From an uncultured Desulfobulbaceae bacterium (lineage in GTDB: Bacteria; Desulfobacterota; Desulfobulbia; Desulfobulbales; Desulfocapsaceae), in contig CAITDH010000086.1 in the NCBI GenBank assembly GCA_903891045.1, forward strand, positions 1-51,803: 51,803 bases of DNA, read 5' to 3'. The position numbers were made by a program, and so were the translations under genes. Positions 19,084 through 28,839 of the stretch are shown here, piece by piece. The notes under the pieces were generated by a model. It ran no database searches. It was not told where the DNA came from and saw only the letters and a list, made by a program, of their open reading frames with translations. Within the stretch, counting starts at the first letter, position 1. The number at the start of each line of letters is the position of its first letter.

Positions 19084-19737
19084 ATGTTCGTCAAACTCTG
19101 GATGCAAAAAGATATTATCACTATTTCTCCCGACCAGACCCTTGCTGAGGCAGAGGCGCTGATGCAACAACACCGGATCAGACGACTTCTCGTGACGCAG
19201 GGTCCAACCCTGATCGGCATCATCACCAAGGAAGATATCCGCCGGGGAATCCCGGCCAGTTGTGATGAAAGCACTAGACTGATAGCAGCCCAGAGCAAGG
19301 TGGAGGCCTACATGGCCCAAAATCCGATCACTGCTGATCCCATGGCCCCCCTTGAGGATATTGCCCTGACGATGCGCCGCAATAAAATTGGCGGGATTCC
19401 GGTTCTTGAGAACGATCTTCTGGTCGGCATTATCACCGAATCCGATATCTTTCGTGCCCTGACCGAGATCCTGGGAGCAGGAAGAAACGGGGCGCGGGTC
19501 GAGCTGAAAATAGGTCACGACTCCAAAGATATCTTCCAGGTCGTCAAGCTGTGCAAACAATTTGATGTCTTGATTACCGCCATTTCCATCTACCACGATT
19601 TCAGCCCGGACCATCAGTTGCTCACCATCCGTCTGGATGGCGAAGAATTGAACGCCCTGCTTGATGCCCTCTGGCAATCAGGCTGTCAGATCAACAGGAT
19701 TATGCGGTTTGATGCAGATGGAGTAGCTGAGAACTGA
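19084..19737 (+). CDS. CBS-pair plus ACT domain protein (AcuB-like)
   Basis: 'MFVKLWMQKDIITISPD' and 'GIPVLENDLLVGIITESDIF' are CBS motifs. The C-terminal about 80 aa is ACT-like. Start moved to the ATG at 19084. Confidence 0.8.
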   Translation: MFVKLWMQKDIITISPDQTLAEAEALMQQHRIRRLLVTQGPTLIGIITKEDIRRGIPASCDESTRLIAAQSKVEAYMAQNPITADPMAPLEDIALTMRRNKIGGIPVLENDLLVGIITESDIFRALTEILGAGRNGARVELKIGHDSKDIFQVVKLCKQFDVLITAISIYHDFSPDHQLLTIRLDGEELNALLDALWQSGCQINRIMRFDADGVAEN

Positions 19738-19744
19738 AAAGCTC

Positions 19745-19873
19745 ATTCCAAAAAACATTCAAATTAATACCAAGAAGGCCGGCAAGCGGCGACGAAACAG
19801 TACAACGGGTAGTAGGTGAGAAACCACGCAGTGCAGCCGACGAAGGTGCCGGCTTGGATGCTTTTTTTGGAAT
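19745..19873. other. About 130-nt nested-stem element in a convergent intergenic region (terminator-like or sRNA/repeat)
   Basis: Outer stem ATTCCAAAAAA (19745-19755) pairs with TTTTTTGGAAT (19863-19873). Inner stem CCAAG..GGCCGGCA (19770-19784) pairs with TGCCGGCTTGG (19847-19857). T/A runs lie on both sides. Confidence 0.5.
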
Positions 19874-20502
19874 CAGAAGGGGCTGACAACCCTGTCGGCG
19901 CTGGCCATGCTGTCCAGGATCTCATACATATTGGTGATCGTCCCCACCTGCAGCTTCTTTTCAAGTTTGAAAAACTCAAGACAGGTGCCACAGGATAAAA
20001 TCTTCACCCCTTTCTTTTCCAGGGCCTGCAAGGCCTCCAGGGCCTTGCCCGCAGTCGCCACCAGCTTGACCCCGCCGTTATAAAAAAAGATCCGGCTGGG
20101 TTGAGGTGAGACCTCTTTTATCGTGGCAATATAGGTCTGTAACAGGGCCCAACCCAGCTCATCACTGCCCCGTCCCATGCAGTCCGAGGCAATCACATAG
20201 ACCAGATTGCAACCAGATGGCTGCCCACCTAGGATCTCACAGTTGTAATCAGCCTCATCAAAAGGGACGGACGGCCCGGCATTTTCCTCGTTCTCCGCCA
20301 AAAAACTCAGGCGAAAAGAGCCGTCCGTTAGCGTTGTCAATTCCACCCTGCAATTTCGGCTGTGACCAAAACGCAATACGTTATCCCTTGAGGCCTCGTT
20401 ATCGACAAGGATCTCAAAAGACTTTTCCCCCTGCTCCAGCGCGGCCTTGGCCCGCAACACCGGCTCCGGACAACCCAACCCTTTACAGTCTATCTGTTTC
20501 AT
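19873..20502 (-). CDS. yedF: YedF-type sulfurtransferase-like protein (TusA/SirA domain fused to DsrE-like domain)
   Basis: 209 aa. N-terminal 'IDCKGLGCPEPVLRAK' carries the TusA CPxP motif. The C-terminal half is DsrE/F-like: 'VYVIASDCMGRG...ILSCGTCLE'. Confidence 0.8.
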   Translation of the reverse strand: MKQIDCKGLGCPEPVLRAKAALEQGEKSFEILVDNEASRDNVLRFGHSRNCRVELTTLTDGSFRLSFLAENEENAGPSVPFDEADYNCEILGGQPSGCNLVYVIASDCMGRGSDELGWALLQTYIATIKEVSPQPSRIFFYNGGVKLVATAGKALEALQALEKKGVKILSCGTCLEFFKLEKKLQVGTITNMYEILDSMASADRVVSPF

Positions 20503-20579
20503 ACTGACCTCACTCCTTTATAAGACACTGAATGGCAGGAACTTTTTTTCAAAATAGCCGCTGGCATTCTAGTGGTCAA

Positions 20580-20594
20580 ATAGATAATTTCTAT
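20580..20594. promoter_or_regulatory. LysR-type T-N11-A dyad in the yedF/lysR divergent region
   Basis: ATAGATAATTTCTAT is an ATAG-N7-CTAT dyad containing T-N11-A. It lies between the divergent starts at 20502 and 20706. Confidence 0.35.
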
Positions 20595-20705
20595 CCGGCA
20601 AGGCCTTTTTATGATAAACTGCTATACTAAAAAGAGTTTTCTGGAAAGAAAAAATCAGATTGAAGATCACAACCACCACCAAACCCGATACCCCAAGGAA
20701 AAACC

Positions 20706-21596
20706 ATGGATCTCCACAAACTTGCCATCTTTTGCAAGGTCTTCGAATTAAAAAGTTTCACCAGGGCCGCTGAGGCCATGTTTCTTTCCCAGCCAACTAT
20801 CAGTGAGCATATCCGCGCCCTGGAACAGGAAACCGGTCAGCAGCTGATAAACCGGTTTGGCCGCGAAATCAGGACCTCTGAGGCCGGCAATATTCTCTAT
20901 TCGTATGCCATAAAAATGCTCCGTCTACAACAGGAGGCATTGGAGGCGCTGGGACACTATTCGGGAGCCCTGGCCGGACGGATGGCCATAGGCGCCGGCA
21001 CCATCCCTGGAGCCTACATCCTGCCGGCAAGGATTGGCGCCTTCAAGAAAAGCTATCCTGATATTACCATCACCCTCCGCATCGCCGGCTCCAGGACTAT
21101 TGCCAGTGAAATCCTTTCCGGTGAGCTTGAGATGGGAATTCTTGGGGCCCAATGGCGGGAAAACGGTCTGATCTGGCAGGAGATCTTCAGCGATGAACTG
21201 ATCCTGGCCGTGCATGCCGGTCATCCCTGGGCCAAACTGCGGGAAATTTCTCTGGAACAACTGAGGGCAGAACCGTTTATCATGCGGGATCATTCGTCAG
21301 GGACAAGGCGTGCCCTCTCTCAGATCCTGGAACAGCATGGCCTGAATCCGGCCCACCTGAATGTGGTGGCGGAAATGGGAACCACCGAGGCAATACGGCA
21401 ATCGATAAAGGCCGCCATCGGCATCTCCATCCTCTCATCTCAGGCCGTCAGAGAGGATATCGCCCATGGCAGCCTGGTGGCAGTCGCTATTCAAGGAGTA
21501 ACGATGATCCGTCCTTTTTATATGGTCACCCGCAAAAACCAGGCCCTGTCTCCTCTGTGCACTGCCTTTATCGAGACCATAGGAAGGGAAAATTAA
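20706..21596 (+). CDS. LysR-family transcriptional regulator
   Basis: N-terminal HTH 'FTRAAEAMFLSQPTISEHIRALE' followed by a LysR substrate-binding domain. 296 aa. Confidence 0.9.
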   Translation: MDLHKLAIFCKVFELKSFTRAAEAMFLSQPTISEHIRALEQETGQQLINRFGREIRTSEAGNILYSYAIKMLRLQQEALEALGHYSGALAGRMAIGAGTIPGAYILPARIGAFKKSYPDITITLRIAGSRTIASEILSGELEMGILGAQWRENGLIWQEIFSDELILAVHAGHPWAKLREISLEQLRAEPFIMRDHSSGTRRALSQILEQHGLNPAHLNVVAEMGTTEAIRQSIKAAIGISILSSQAVREDIAHGSLVAVAIQGVTMIRPFYMVTRKNQALSPLCTAFIETIGREN

Positions 21597-21645
21597 AAAT
21601 GAGGAATAAAGGATTAACAAGACCAGCCCTCATTCCTCATTGTCT

Positions 21646-23481
21646 TTATTCAGGCAAGACCCGCACCGCCCCTTTATCTGCCGAGGCCGCAAACAGGGCA
21701 TAGGCCCTTAGCGCCGGCGACACCTTCCGGTCGCGGTCGGTTGGCCGAAAGGCCTGACTGCCCTTCTGCTCTTCCTGCTGACGCCTTGCGGCCAGGTCCT
21801 GCTCAAACACCAGGACATTGATGCTCCGCCCCGGAATATCAATATCGATGATATCCCCATCCATAACCAGACCGATAGCCCCACCAGCCGCTGCCTCCGG
21901 TGAGACATGGCCGATCGACAGCCCTGAGGTGCCGCCGGAAAAGCGGCCATCAGTGATCAGAGCACACTCCTTACCCAGATGGACTGATTTGAGGTAGGAT
22001 GTGGGATACAACATCTCCTGCATCCCCGGCCCCCCTTTTGGCCCCTCATAGCGGATGATCACCACATCCCCGGCCTTGATTACCCCACCGAGAATAGCAT
22101 CACAGGCCGCCTCCTGCGAAGAGAAGACCCTGGCGGTTCCCTTAAAATGAAAAATTGAGGGATCAACCCCGGCAGTCTTGACGATGCAGCCCTTGGCCGC
22201 AATATTGCCATAAAGGACGGCCAGACCACCATCCTTGCTGTAACAATGGGCAACATCGCGGATACAGCCGCCCGCCCGGTCAAGGTCCGGCTCCGCATAC
22301 ATAGTGGTCTGCGAACCCATCACCAAATTACGACCGGCCGAAGCCGAAGCGCTCAGATAGAGTTGCCTGGCCGCCTCGCTGGCGCTGCTGCCTCCAATAT
22401 CCCAAGTCTGAAACGCCTCTGCCAACGTGGCACCATCTGCCCTACACACTGAGGTGTCAACCAGTCCGGCTCGGGCCAGCTCACCAAGGATCCCCATGAT
22501 CCCGCCCGCCCGATTCACATCCTCCATATGGTAGTGCGACGAAGGGGCCACCTTGCACAGATTGGGCACCTTCCGCGACAGGGCATCAATATCCTCCATG
22601 CTGAAATCCACCTCAGCGGCATGGGCAATGGCCAGCAGATGGAGCACGGTATTGGTGGAGCCGCCCATGGCAATATCCAGGGTCATGGCATTCAAGAAAG
22701 CGGCACGGCTGGCAATGGTCCGGGGCAGGACCGTGGCATCTTCCCGGTCATACCAGGCGTGGGCCATCTCGACAATTCGCTCGGCGGCGCGGACAAACAG
22801 CCCGGTACGGCTGCCATGGGTGGCCACCACGGTGCCGTTGCCCGGCAAGGCCAGACCCAGCGCCTCATTGAGACAATTCATGGAGTTAGCCGTAAACATC
22901 CCGGAGCACGATCCACAGGTAGGACAGGCGCAGCGCTCAACCACAGCAATCTCCTCATCCGAGACCGCCTGGTCTGCCGCCATGACCATGGCATCCACCA
23001 GGTCATAGCGCTTGTCACCATCAACACCTGCCTCCATCGGCCCGCCGGAGACAAAGATGGTGGGGATATTGAGGCGCATAGCCGCCATCAGCATCCCCGG
23101 GGTGATCTTGTCGCAGTTGCTGATGCAGATCATGGCATCGACGGTGTGGGCGTTGCACATATACTCAACACTATCGGCAATCAGCTCTCGGGAAGGCAGG
23201 GAATAGAGCATGCCGGCATGACCCATGGCGATCCCGTCATCAATGGCAATGGTATTGAACTCGGCCGCGAAACAGCCGAGTTCGGCGATCTGTTTTTTAA
23301 TTTGCTGGCCGATTTCATGAAGATGGACATGACCGGGAACAAACTGGGTAAAAGAATTGACGATAGCAATGACGGGATGACCAAACTGCTCTTCTGTCAT
23401 GCCGTTGGCTCGCCAGAGACTGCGAGCCCCGGCCATCCGGCGACCTTGTGTGGTAGTTGCGCTGCGTAAGGAAATTGCCAT
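21646..23481 (-). CDS. ilvD: Dihydroxy-acid dehydratase
   Basis: 611 aa. '[23 protein letters not shown]', 'CDKITPGM', 'SGGPMEAG' and 'TDGRFSGGT' are hallmark IlvD motifs. Confidence 0.95.
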   Translation of the reverse strand: MAISLRSATTTQGRRMAGARSLWRANGMTEEQFGHPVIAIVNSFTQFVPGHVHLHEIGQQIKKQIAELGCFAAEFNTIAIDDGIAMGHAGMLYSLPSRELIADSVEYMCNAHTVDAMICISNCDKITPGMLMAAMRLNIPTIFVSGGPMEAGVDGDKRYDLVDAMVMAADQAVSDEEIAVVERCACPTCGSCSGMFTANSMNCLNEALGLALPGNGTVVATHGSRTGLFVRAAERIVEMAHAWYDREDATVLPRTIASRAAFLNAMTLDIAMGGSTNTVLHLLAIAHAAEVDFSMEDIDALSRKVPNLCKVAPSSHYHMEDVNRAGGIMGILGELARAGLVDTSVCRADGATLAEAFQTWDIGGSSASEAARQLYLSASASAGRNLVMGSQTTMYAEPDLDRAGGCIRDVAHCYSKDGGLAVLYGNIAAKGCIVKTAGVDPSIFHFKGTARVFSSQEAACDAILGGVIKAGDVVIIRYEGPKGGPGMQEMLYPTSYLKSVHLGKECALITDGRFSGGTSGLSIGHVSPEAAAGGAIGLVMDGDIIDIDIPGRSINVLVFEQDLAARRQQEEQKGSQAFRPTDRDRKVSPALRAYALFAASADKGAVRVLPE

Positions 23482-23649
23482 CTTGTTTCACCTGGGAGAA
23501 AAAAATCAATAAAAAGAGTCGTTGCGAAACAACCAGGAAATCAGGAGTTATTTTACAAGGACTCCAAAAAACATTTGAATTTCTTGTTACTTTTGTGCCA
23601 ATATACTATGAAAATAAAGACGAATACACCTTTTTTCTGGAGAACACCC

Positions 23650-24819
23650 ATGAAACAATCAGAGATCGATTATTGGATCACCGCCATGCTCACGTCATAC
23701 GAGAATGTCTCAGACCTGAACCTGACGGTTGGCAAGCCATTGCAGGTAGAGGCCGCTGGCGTGCTCATGCCGGTACAGGTACAGCCCCCGGTCCACCAGC
23801 TCACCCCTTTTCAGACCGAGGTCTTTGCCCTGAACCTGATTGGCAACAACAAACGACTTCTCTCTGACCTGCTGCATAGCGGTTCTTGTGATCTTTCTTA
23901 CGCCCTTGGCGACAAAGCCCGCTTCCGGGTCAATATCTTCTCCCAGAAAGGCCTCTACTCGATTGTCCTGCGAAAACTGGAGACCGTCATCCCGACCATC
24001 GAAGGGATGAAATTTCCAGCAGTCTTCCATAAAATTGCCAGCGAACGCAACGGCCTTGTCCTCTTTACCGGAGCCACGGGCAGCGGCAAGACCACCTCAC
24101 TTGCCGCCCTGCTGCACGAGATCAACCATAAGCGTCAGGTGCAGGTGGTCACCCTGGAAGACCCCATTGAATATGTTCACCAACACGACAAGGCCACTTT
24201 CAATCAGCGGGAGCTGGGTAAAGACTTTGACACCTTTGCCTCAGGCATACGAGCGGCCCTGCGCCAAGCCCCCAAGGTCATTCTGGTGGGTGAGATGCGT
24301 GACCGGGAAACCTTGGAAACCGCCATTTCCGCTGCCGAGACCGGACATCTTGTCTTCTCGACCCTGCACACCATTGACGCCGGCCAGGCCATCAACCGTA
24401 TCCTCGGTTTTTATGAGCTGGAAGAACAGCCCCAGGTCCGGAACCGCCTAGTTGACACCTTGCGCTGGATTGTCGGGCAACGGTTGTTGCCGAGGGTCAC
24501 CGGAAGCCGGGTGGCCGCCATCGAGATTCTTTGCACCAGTCTGCGGGTCAAGGATCTGATTCTCAACGGCGAGCGAGAGGAAAAAACATTTTATAAGGTT
24601 CTTGAAGCCGGATCCGCTGTCGGCATGCGCACCTTTGATCAACATATCATTGAACTCTACGACCAGGGCATCATCTCCGAGAAAACCGCCATGTCCTACT
24701 GCACCCAACGCACTGAGGTCGCAAGAAAGCTCGACACCCTCAAAGCCACGCGCGGTGAGGCCACCTCCACCCTCTCCGGCCTTGCCATGGAAGAAGAGGA
24801 ACAAGATCGCCGCTGGTAA
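23650..24819 (+). CDS. pilT: PilT/PilU-family type IV pilus retraction-type ATPase
   Basis: Walker A 'GATGSGKTT', Asp box 'VTLEDPIEY', Walker B 'ILVGEMRD', His box 'GHLVFSTLHT'. Start set at the ATG at 23650, preceded by GGAGA. Confidence 0.88.
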   Translation: MKQSEIDYWITAMLTSYENVSDLNLTVGKPLQVEAAGVLMPVQVQPPVHQLTPFQTEVFALNLIGNNKRLLSDLLHSGSCDLSYALGDKARFRVNIFSQKGLYSIVLRKLETVIPTIEGMKFPAVFHKIASERNGLVLFTGATGSGKTTSLAALLHEINHKRQVQVVTLEDPIEYVHQHDKATFNQRELGKDFDTFASGIRAALRQAPKVILVGEMRDRETLETAISAAETGHLVFSTLHTIDAGQAINRILGFYELEEQPQVRNRLVDTLRWIVGQRLLPRVTGSRVAAIEILCTSLRVKDLILNGEREEKTFYKVLEAGSAVGMRTFDQHIIELYDQGIISEKTAMSYCTQRTEVARKLDTLKATRGEATSTLSGLAMEEEEQDRRW

Positions 24820-24827
24820 TATGGATA

Positions 24828-24893
24828 GGCTGAAGACTGAAGTATATCCATTATCACACATTATTTATTCCTCAAAACCTTCAGCCTTCAGTC
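24828..24893. repeat. (GGCTGAA)2 inverted-repeat hairpin downstream of pilT
   Basis: GGCTGAAGACTGAAG (24828-24842) pairs with CCTTCAGCCTTCAGTC (24878-24893). The first arm is itself flanked by ATGGATA/TATCCAT. Confidence 0.65.
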
Positions 24894-24946
24894 TATCTAC
24901 CTGAGCAGTTACGCCTCTCAATAACCTAAAAGATGAGACAACAGCC

Positions 24947-25657
24947 ATGACAACACACTGCCCCCATTGCCAAAAAAAACTCCAGCTCAGCCCTAAGATT
25001 GAAGATGGTCTCAAGGCGCTCAGCACAGGAAAATCCCTCCGCATTAACTGTCCTCAATGCAGTGGCGCAATCCTGCTTAATGCCAGCATGCTGAAGACCC
25101 CGCAAACGTCAACTAAAACAACAAATTCGCCAATGCCATGCCCCACCAATCAACAGGTTATGCCACCACCACCACCTGATCTCTCCGGCCTGAACGATAA
25201 TGTTTTTGAAGGCAAAACAATCATCGAAGACATCCCCAAGGTCCTCATTCTGATTCCAGACTCTCCCAGCTGCCGCCTGATAACAGAGGCCATGGAAACC
25301 CTGGGCTACCAAGCCTCTTTTGTCCAGTCTGCGGAAGACGCCATGGAAAAGATGCAGTTTATCAACTACGCCAGTGTTATTCTCCACTCTCATTATGAAG
25401 GTTCTCCCTTGGAAAACGGGGTCTTTCATCAGTTCATGCACGCCATGAGCATGAATAAACGCCGGTATATCTTTTACATCCTCATAGGCCCTGAGTTTCA
25501 CACCCTGTATGGCCTGGAAGCCCTTGCCTGTTCGGCTAACCTTGTAGTAAGTGACAAGGATCTCCCGCAACTGGCCATTATTCTGCGCACGGCCATCCCG
25601 CAATACGAAGAAATGTTCAGGGCAATCATGCAGGAGATGAGTGTCTTGGGACGATAG
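24947..25657 (+). CDS. Zinc-ribbon protein with C-terminal receiver-like (pseudo-receiver) domain
   Basis: N-terminal 'CPHCQKK...CPQCSG' four-Cys ribbon, then a Pro-rich linker. The C-terminal alpha/beta segment 'KVLILIPDSP...ASVILHSHYEG' resembles REC, but His/Ser sit where the phospho-Asp is expected. Confidence 0.6.
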   Translation: MTTHCPHCQKKLQLSPKIEDGLKALSTGKSLRINCPQCSGAILLNASMLKTPQTSTKTTNSPMPCPTNQQVMPPPPPDLSGLNDNVFEGKTIIEDIPKVLILIPDSPSCRLITEAMETLGYQASFVQSAEDAMEKMQFINYASVILHSHYEGSPLENGVFHQFMHAMSMNKRRYIFYILIGPEFHTLYGLEALACSANLVVSDKDLPQLAIILRTAIPQYEEMFRAIMQEMSVLGR

Positions 25658-25763
25658 CCTCAACATCAAAGTGATGGGATCAAGCCGCTTCACAAAATAA
25701 CCACGCCATTTCATTCAATAGAAGGCATTAGAAGCCAGAACAGCTCCTCATAAAAAAATAAAA

Positions 25764-27872
25764 ATGAACAATCGTTACAATGGCAGCGATGCCCAGAGCT
25801 TTATCACCTCCCATCCCCATTGTCAGCCGGAGCTGGCATTACGTGTATACACCTCACGACTGATCGGCCGGGAAGCATCTCTGGTCCTGCATGGCGGCGG
25901 CAACACCTCAGCCAAGGCCCAGGTGACCACCCTGCTTGGCGACCAGACAGACGTGCTGTTCATCAAGGGCAGCGGCTGGGACCTAGCAACCATTGAACCC
26001 CAGGGTTTTCCGGCACTCGATCTGAGTTACCTGCGCCGCCTGCGCACTCTGAAATCACTCAGCGACGAAGAGATGGTCAATCAGTTCAAGACCCATATGC
26101 TGGACAGCAGTGCCCCCAGCCCATCAATTGAAACCCTGGTGCACGCCTTTCTTCCCCACCGCTATATCGACCATACCCATGCCGATGCCATCGTCACCCT
26201 AACCAACATGGCTGACCCGGAAACACGGCTGCTGAAAATCCTTGGCAACAGGATAGCCATTCTTCCCTGGATCATGCCGGGTTTTCCGCTGGCGCAGGCG
26301 ATTGCCAAGTGCTATGAAAATCGCCCTGATATCGAGGCCATTGTCCTGCGCAACCATGGGATCTTCACCTTCGCCGATAAAGCTGAGGTGGCATACAATC
26401 GGATGATCCACTACGTCACCCTGGCAGAAGAGTATCTTCAGGCCAGTCAACCGGCCAGCAAACCGCAGCCAGCAATAAGCACTGATTCAAAGCTCGACCC
26501 GGCCATGATCCTGCCCCTGCTGCGGGGAGCCCTGACCATTGATCCAGCAACCCCAGGTGCCACACCGCCATTTCTGCTACATGTCCGCAACAACGAGACC
26601 ACCCAGTACTGCCTGGCTACCGACAATGCCCAGACAATTTTCACCACCGGGGTTCTCACCCCGGATCATGTGATCCGCACCAAAAATTATCCACTCTGGC
26701 TCGATCTACAGGGCCTTGATGAAGAACAGACGGCCCAGGCCATCTCTGCTGCCATGGCTGCTTATGAACAACGATATGCCCATTACTTTCACACCCAGGT
26801 CACAGCCAAACAGGTAACGCGCACCTGTCTTGACCTCAAACCACGGGTTATCCTGATTCCGGGGCTGGGCATTGTTACCGTCGGAGTCACGGAGAAAGCG
26901 GCCTCCATAGCCGCCGATATTGCCGAACATACCCTGCTGGCCAAGGAGCGCGGCGCGGCCATTGCCCCATACCAGGAACTGGCGCAAGAACATATCTTTG
27001 ACATGGAGTACTGGAGTCTGGAACAGGCCAAATTGAAAAAAGGCAAATCCTTGCCGCTTTCCGGACGCAGCGCGTTGGTGACCGGCGGCGGCGGGGCCAT
27101 TGCCTGCGGAATTGGCCGCAAACTCCTGGCCGCTGGCGCCAGGGTCTTTCTCTCCGACATTGACGAGAAGCGCCTGCAACAGGTCTGTGGACTACTGGCT
27201 CAAGAGTTTAATCCCTCTCTCATCAGCGGCATCACCATGGATGTGACCGACAGCGCCTCGGTGCGCCAGGGCTTGCAGGAGATCATCCTTGGCTGCGGCG
27301 GTCTCGATATCCTGGTGCCCAATGCCGGACTCGCCCATGTCGCCACCCTGGCCGACCTTGACGAAACCGCATTCAAAAAGGTGCTGGATGTCAATCTGCT
27401 CGGGGTCTTTCAGGTGATCAAGGCCGCCATTCCCATCTTCAAACGACAGGCACGGACTGGACACATCCCGGCCCAGATCATCATCAACAGTTCCAAAAAT
27501 GTCTTTGCCCCCGGCGCCGCCTTTGGCGCCTACTCAGCCTCCAAGGCCGGAGCCCACCAGCTGGGCAAGATTGCCGCCCTGGAACTGGCCGAGATCGGCG
27601 CCCGGGTCAACATGATCAATGCCGACGGGATCTTCGATGATCACGGCATCTCGTCGGGGCTCTGGGATGTGGTGGGGCCTGACCGGATGCGCTCCCGCAA
27701 TCTCGACCCTGAAGGGCTGAAAGCGTACTACCGGGACCGCAACCTCCTCAAGACCGAGGTCCTGGCCGACCATGTGGGCAACGGTGTGGTCTTTTTCGCC
27801 TCAGGCCTCACCCCCACCACCGGCGCCACCCTGCCCGTTGACGGCGGCGTGGCCAGCGCCTTTCCCCGCTGA
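25764..27872 (+). CDS. Bifunctional class II aldolase / short-chain dehydrogenase (rhamnulose-1-P aldolase-like + SDR)
   Basis: 702 aa. N-terminal aldolase_II region 'LVLHGGGNTS...DHTHAD'. C-terminal SDR has 'VTGGGGAIACGIG' and 'YSASKAG' (YxxxK). Confidence 0.85.
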   Translation: MNNRYNGSDAQSFITSHPHCQPELALRVYTSRLIGREASLVLHGGGNTSAKAQVTTLLGDQTDVLFIKGSGWDLATIEPQGFPALDLSYLRRLRTLKSLSDEEMVNQFKTHMLDSSAPSPSIETLVHAFLPHRYIDHTHADAIVTLTNMADPETRLLKILGNRIAILPWIMPGFPLAQAIAKCYENRPDIEAIVLRNHGIFTFADKAEVAYNRMIHYVTLAEEYLQASQPASKPQPAISTDSKLDPAMILPLLRGALTIDPATPGATPPFLLHVRNNETTQYCLATDNAQTIFTTGVLTPDHVIRTKNYPLWLDLQGLDEEQTAQAISAAMAAYEQRYAHYFHTQVTAKQVTRTCLDLKPRVILIPGLGIVTVGVTEKAASIAADIAEHTLLAKERGAAIAPYQELAQEHIFDMEYWSLEQAKLKKGKSLPLSGRSALVTGGGGAIACGIGRKLLAAGARVFLSDIDEKRLQQVCGLLAQEFNPSLISGITMDVTDSASVRQGLQEIILGCGGLDILVPNAGLAHVATLADLDETAFKKVLDVNLLGVFQVIKAAIPIFKRQARTGHIPAQIIINSSKNVFAPGAAFGAYSASKAGAHQLGKIAALELAEIGARVNMINADGIFDDHGISSGLWDVVGPDRMRSRNLDPEGLKAYYRDRNLLKTEVLADHVGNGVVFFASGLTPTTGATLPVDGGVASAFPR

Positions 27873-27975
27873 CCAACGCCTGAAAACACACACGTCCCTG
27901 CCTTATGCGGCAACGATACTCACATATCCTCCGAACAAAGATCATCCAGCGATAAACCATAGGCGAAATACAATC

Positions 27976-28839
27976 TCATAGCTGATAAGCTTCCCAGCCC
28001 AGCATCGCTTTTTTCCGGCTGCTACCCCAGCGATAATGATGGATCTCCCCTGATTTGCGGATCACCCGGTGACAGGGAATCAGATAGCCCACAGGATTGG
28101 CGGCAACCGCGCTGGCCACGGCCCGACAGGCGGTGGGATGACCCATAAGCGCGGCCAGTCCCTGATAACTGATCATGGCACCCATAGGGAGAGTAAGCAG
28201 CGCCTGCCAGACCCTGAGCTGAAAGGCCGTTCCCTTGAGCAGTAAGGAAAAGGGATTAAGGGGATCAACCCCGGCAGCCGTAAATATCTGCGCTGCCATA
28301 CTCCTGCCATACTCCCCATCGTCGGCAATGATCGTTGCCTGCGGCCAGTTATGGCGCAGCTCTTCCAGATGCACCTGCCTTTTTCCTTCATCCACAAAAG
28401 AAAGATAACAAATCTCGCTGCCGATCATGGCCAGAAGACAATCACCAAATGGGCTGGGATACAAACCATATGTGATAGTCAGCCCCGAAGTCTTCACCTC
28501 GCTTCGCCTACCTGCCCCCTGTCCCTGTCCAAAGGGCAGCAACCGCAACTGACAACAGACCCAAAAAACAGGCTGGCCAGCTCCGGAAAGTCCTGGCTGC
28601 AGCGCACCCGCCGGCAGGCCTTTAGCCTCCAGCAACCTCTTCCTGATTCGGCTCAAGGTCAGGGATTGCATGAACCGGGTCAGTCCAACACCTGCCCACC
28701 GTGCAAACACTGTATCCAGGAGATCTCTGCTCACACCCACCCTGGCCGCAATTTCCTCCGCTCCTGAGTATTCCCACACCCTCTCATCAAAGGCATGAAT
28801 GACCATTTCAATGGTTTGATAATCCGCACTGTTCTTCAA
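27976..28839 (-). CDS. Ada-like AraC-HTH fused to methylated-DNA--protein-cysteine methyltransferase
   Basis: C-terminal 'IPCHRVIRKSGEIHHYRWG' is the PCHR active site of Ogt/Ada. An N-terminal AraC-type HTH remnant is present. Confidence 0.85.
   Translation of the reverse strand: MKNSADYQTIEMVIHAFDERVWEYSGAEEIAARVGVSRDLLDTVFARWAGVGLTRFMQSLTLSRIRKRLLEAKGLPAGALQPGLSGAGQPVFWVCCQLRLLPFGQGQGAGRRSEVKTSGLTITYGLYPSPFGDCLLAMIGSEICYLSFVDEGKRQVHLEELRHNWPQATIIADDGEYGRSMAAQIFTAAGVDPLNPFSLLLKGTAFQLRVWQALLTLPMGAMISYQGLAALMGHPTACRAVASAVAANPVGYLIPCHRVIRKSGEIHHYRWGSSRKKAMLGWEAYQL

Noticed and set aside
19745-19873. Could this structured element be SRP (4.5S) RNA, 6S RNA or tRNA-Sec, given the yedF context?
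   Set aside because: It has no GGAA/GNAR tetraloop with the conserved AGGUCCGGAAGGAAGCAGCC-like domain IV. It has no tRNA cloverleaf or T-loop (GGTTCGAATCC-like). It is too short for 6S.
20563-20578. TGGCAT-N5-TGGT as a sigma-54 promoter in the yedF/lysR intergenic region.
   Set aside because: The -12 element (TTGC) is missing and no enhancer-binding protein gene is nearby.
21598-21641. AATGAGGAAT ... ATTCCTCATT 10-bp inverted repeat between lysR and ilvD, as a terminator.
   Set aside because: The 24-nt loop and the lack of a T-run on either strand make it a poor intrinsic terminator. I left it unannotated. It may be another small repeat, since GAGGAATGAGG also occurs inside the family-C elements.
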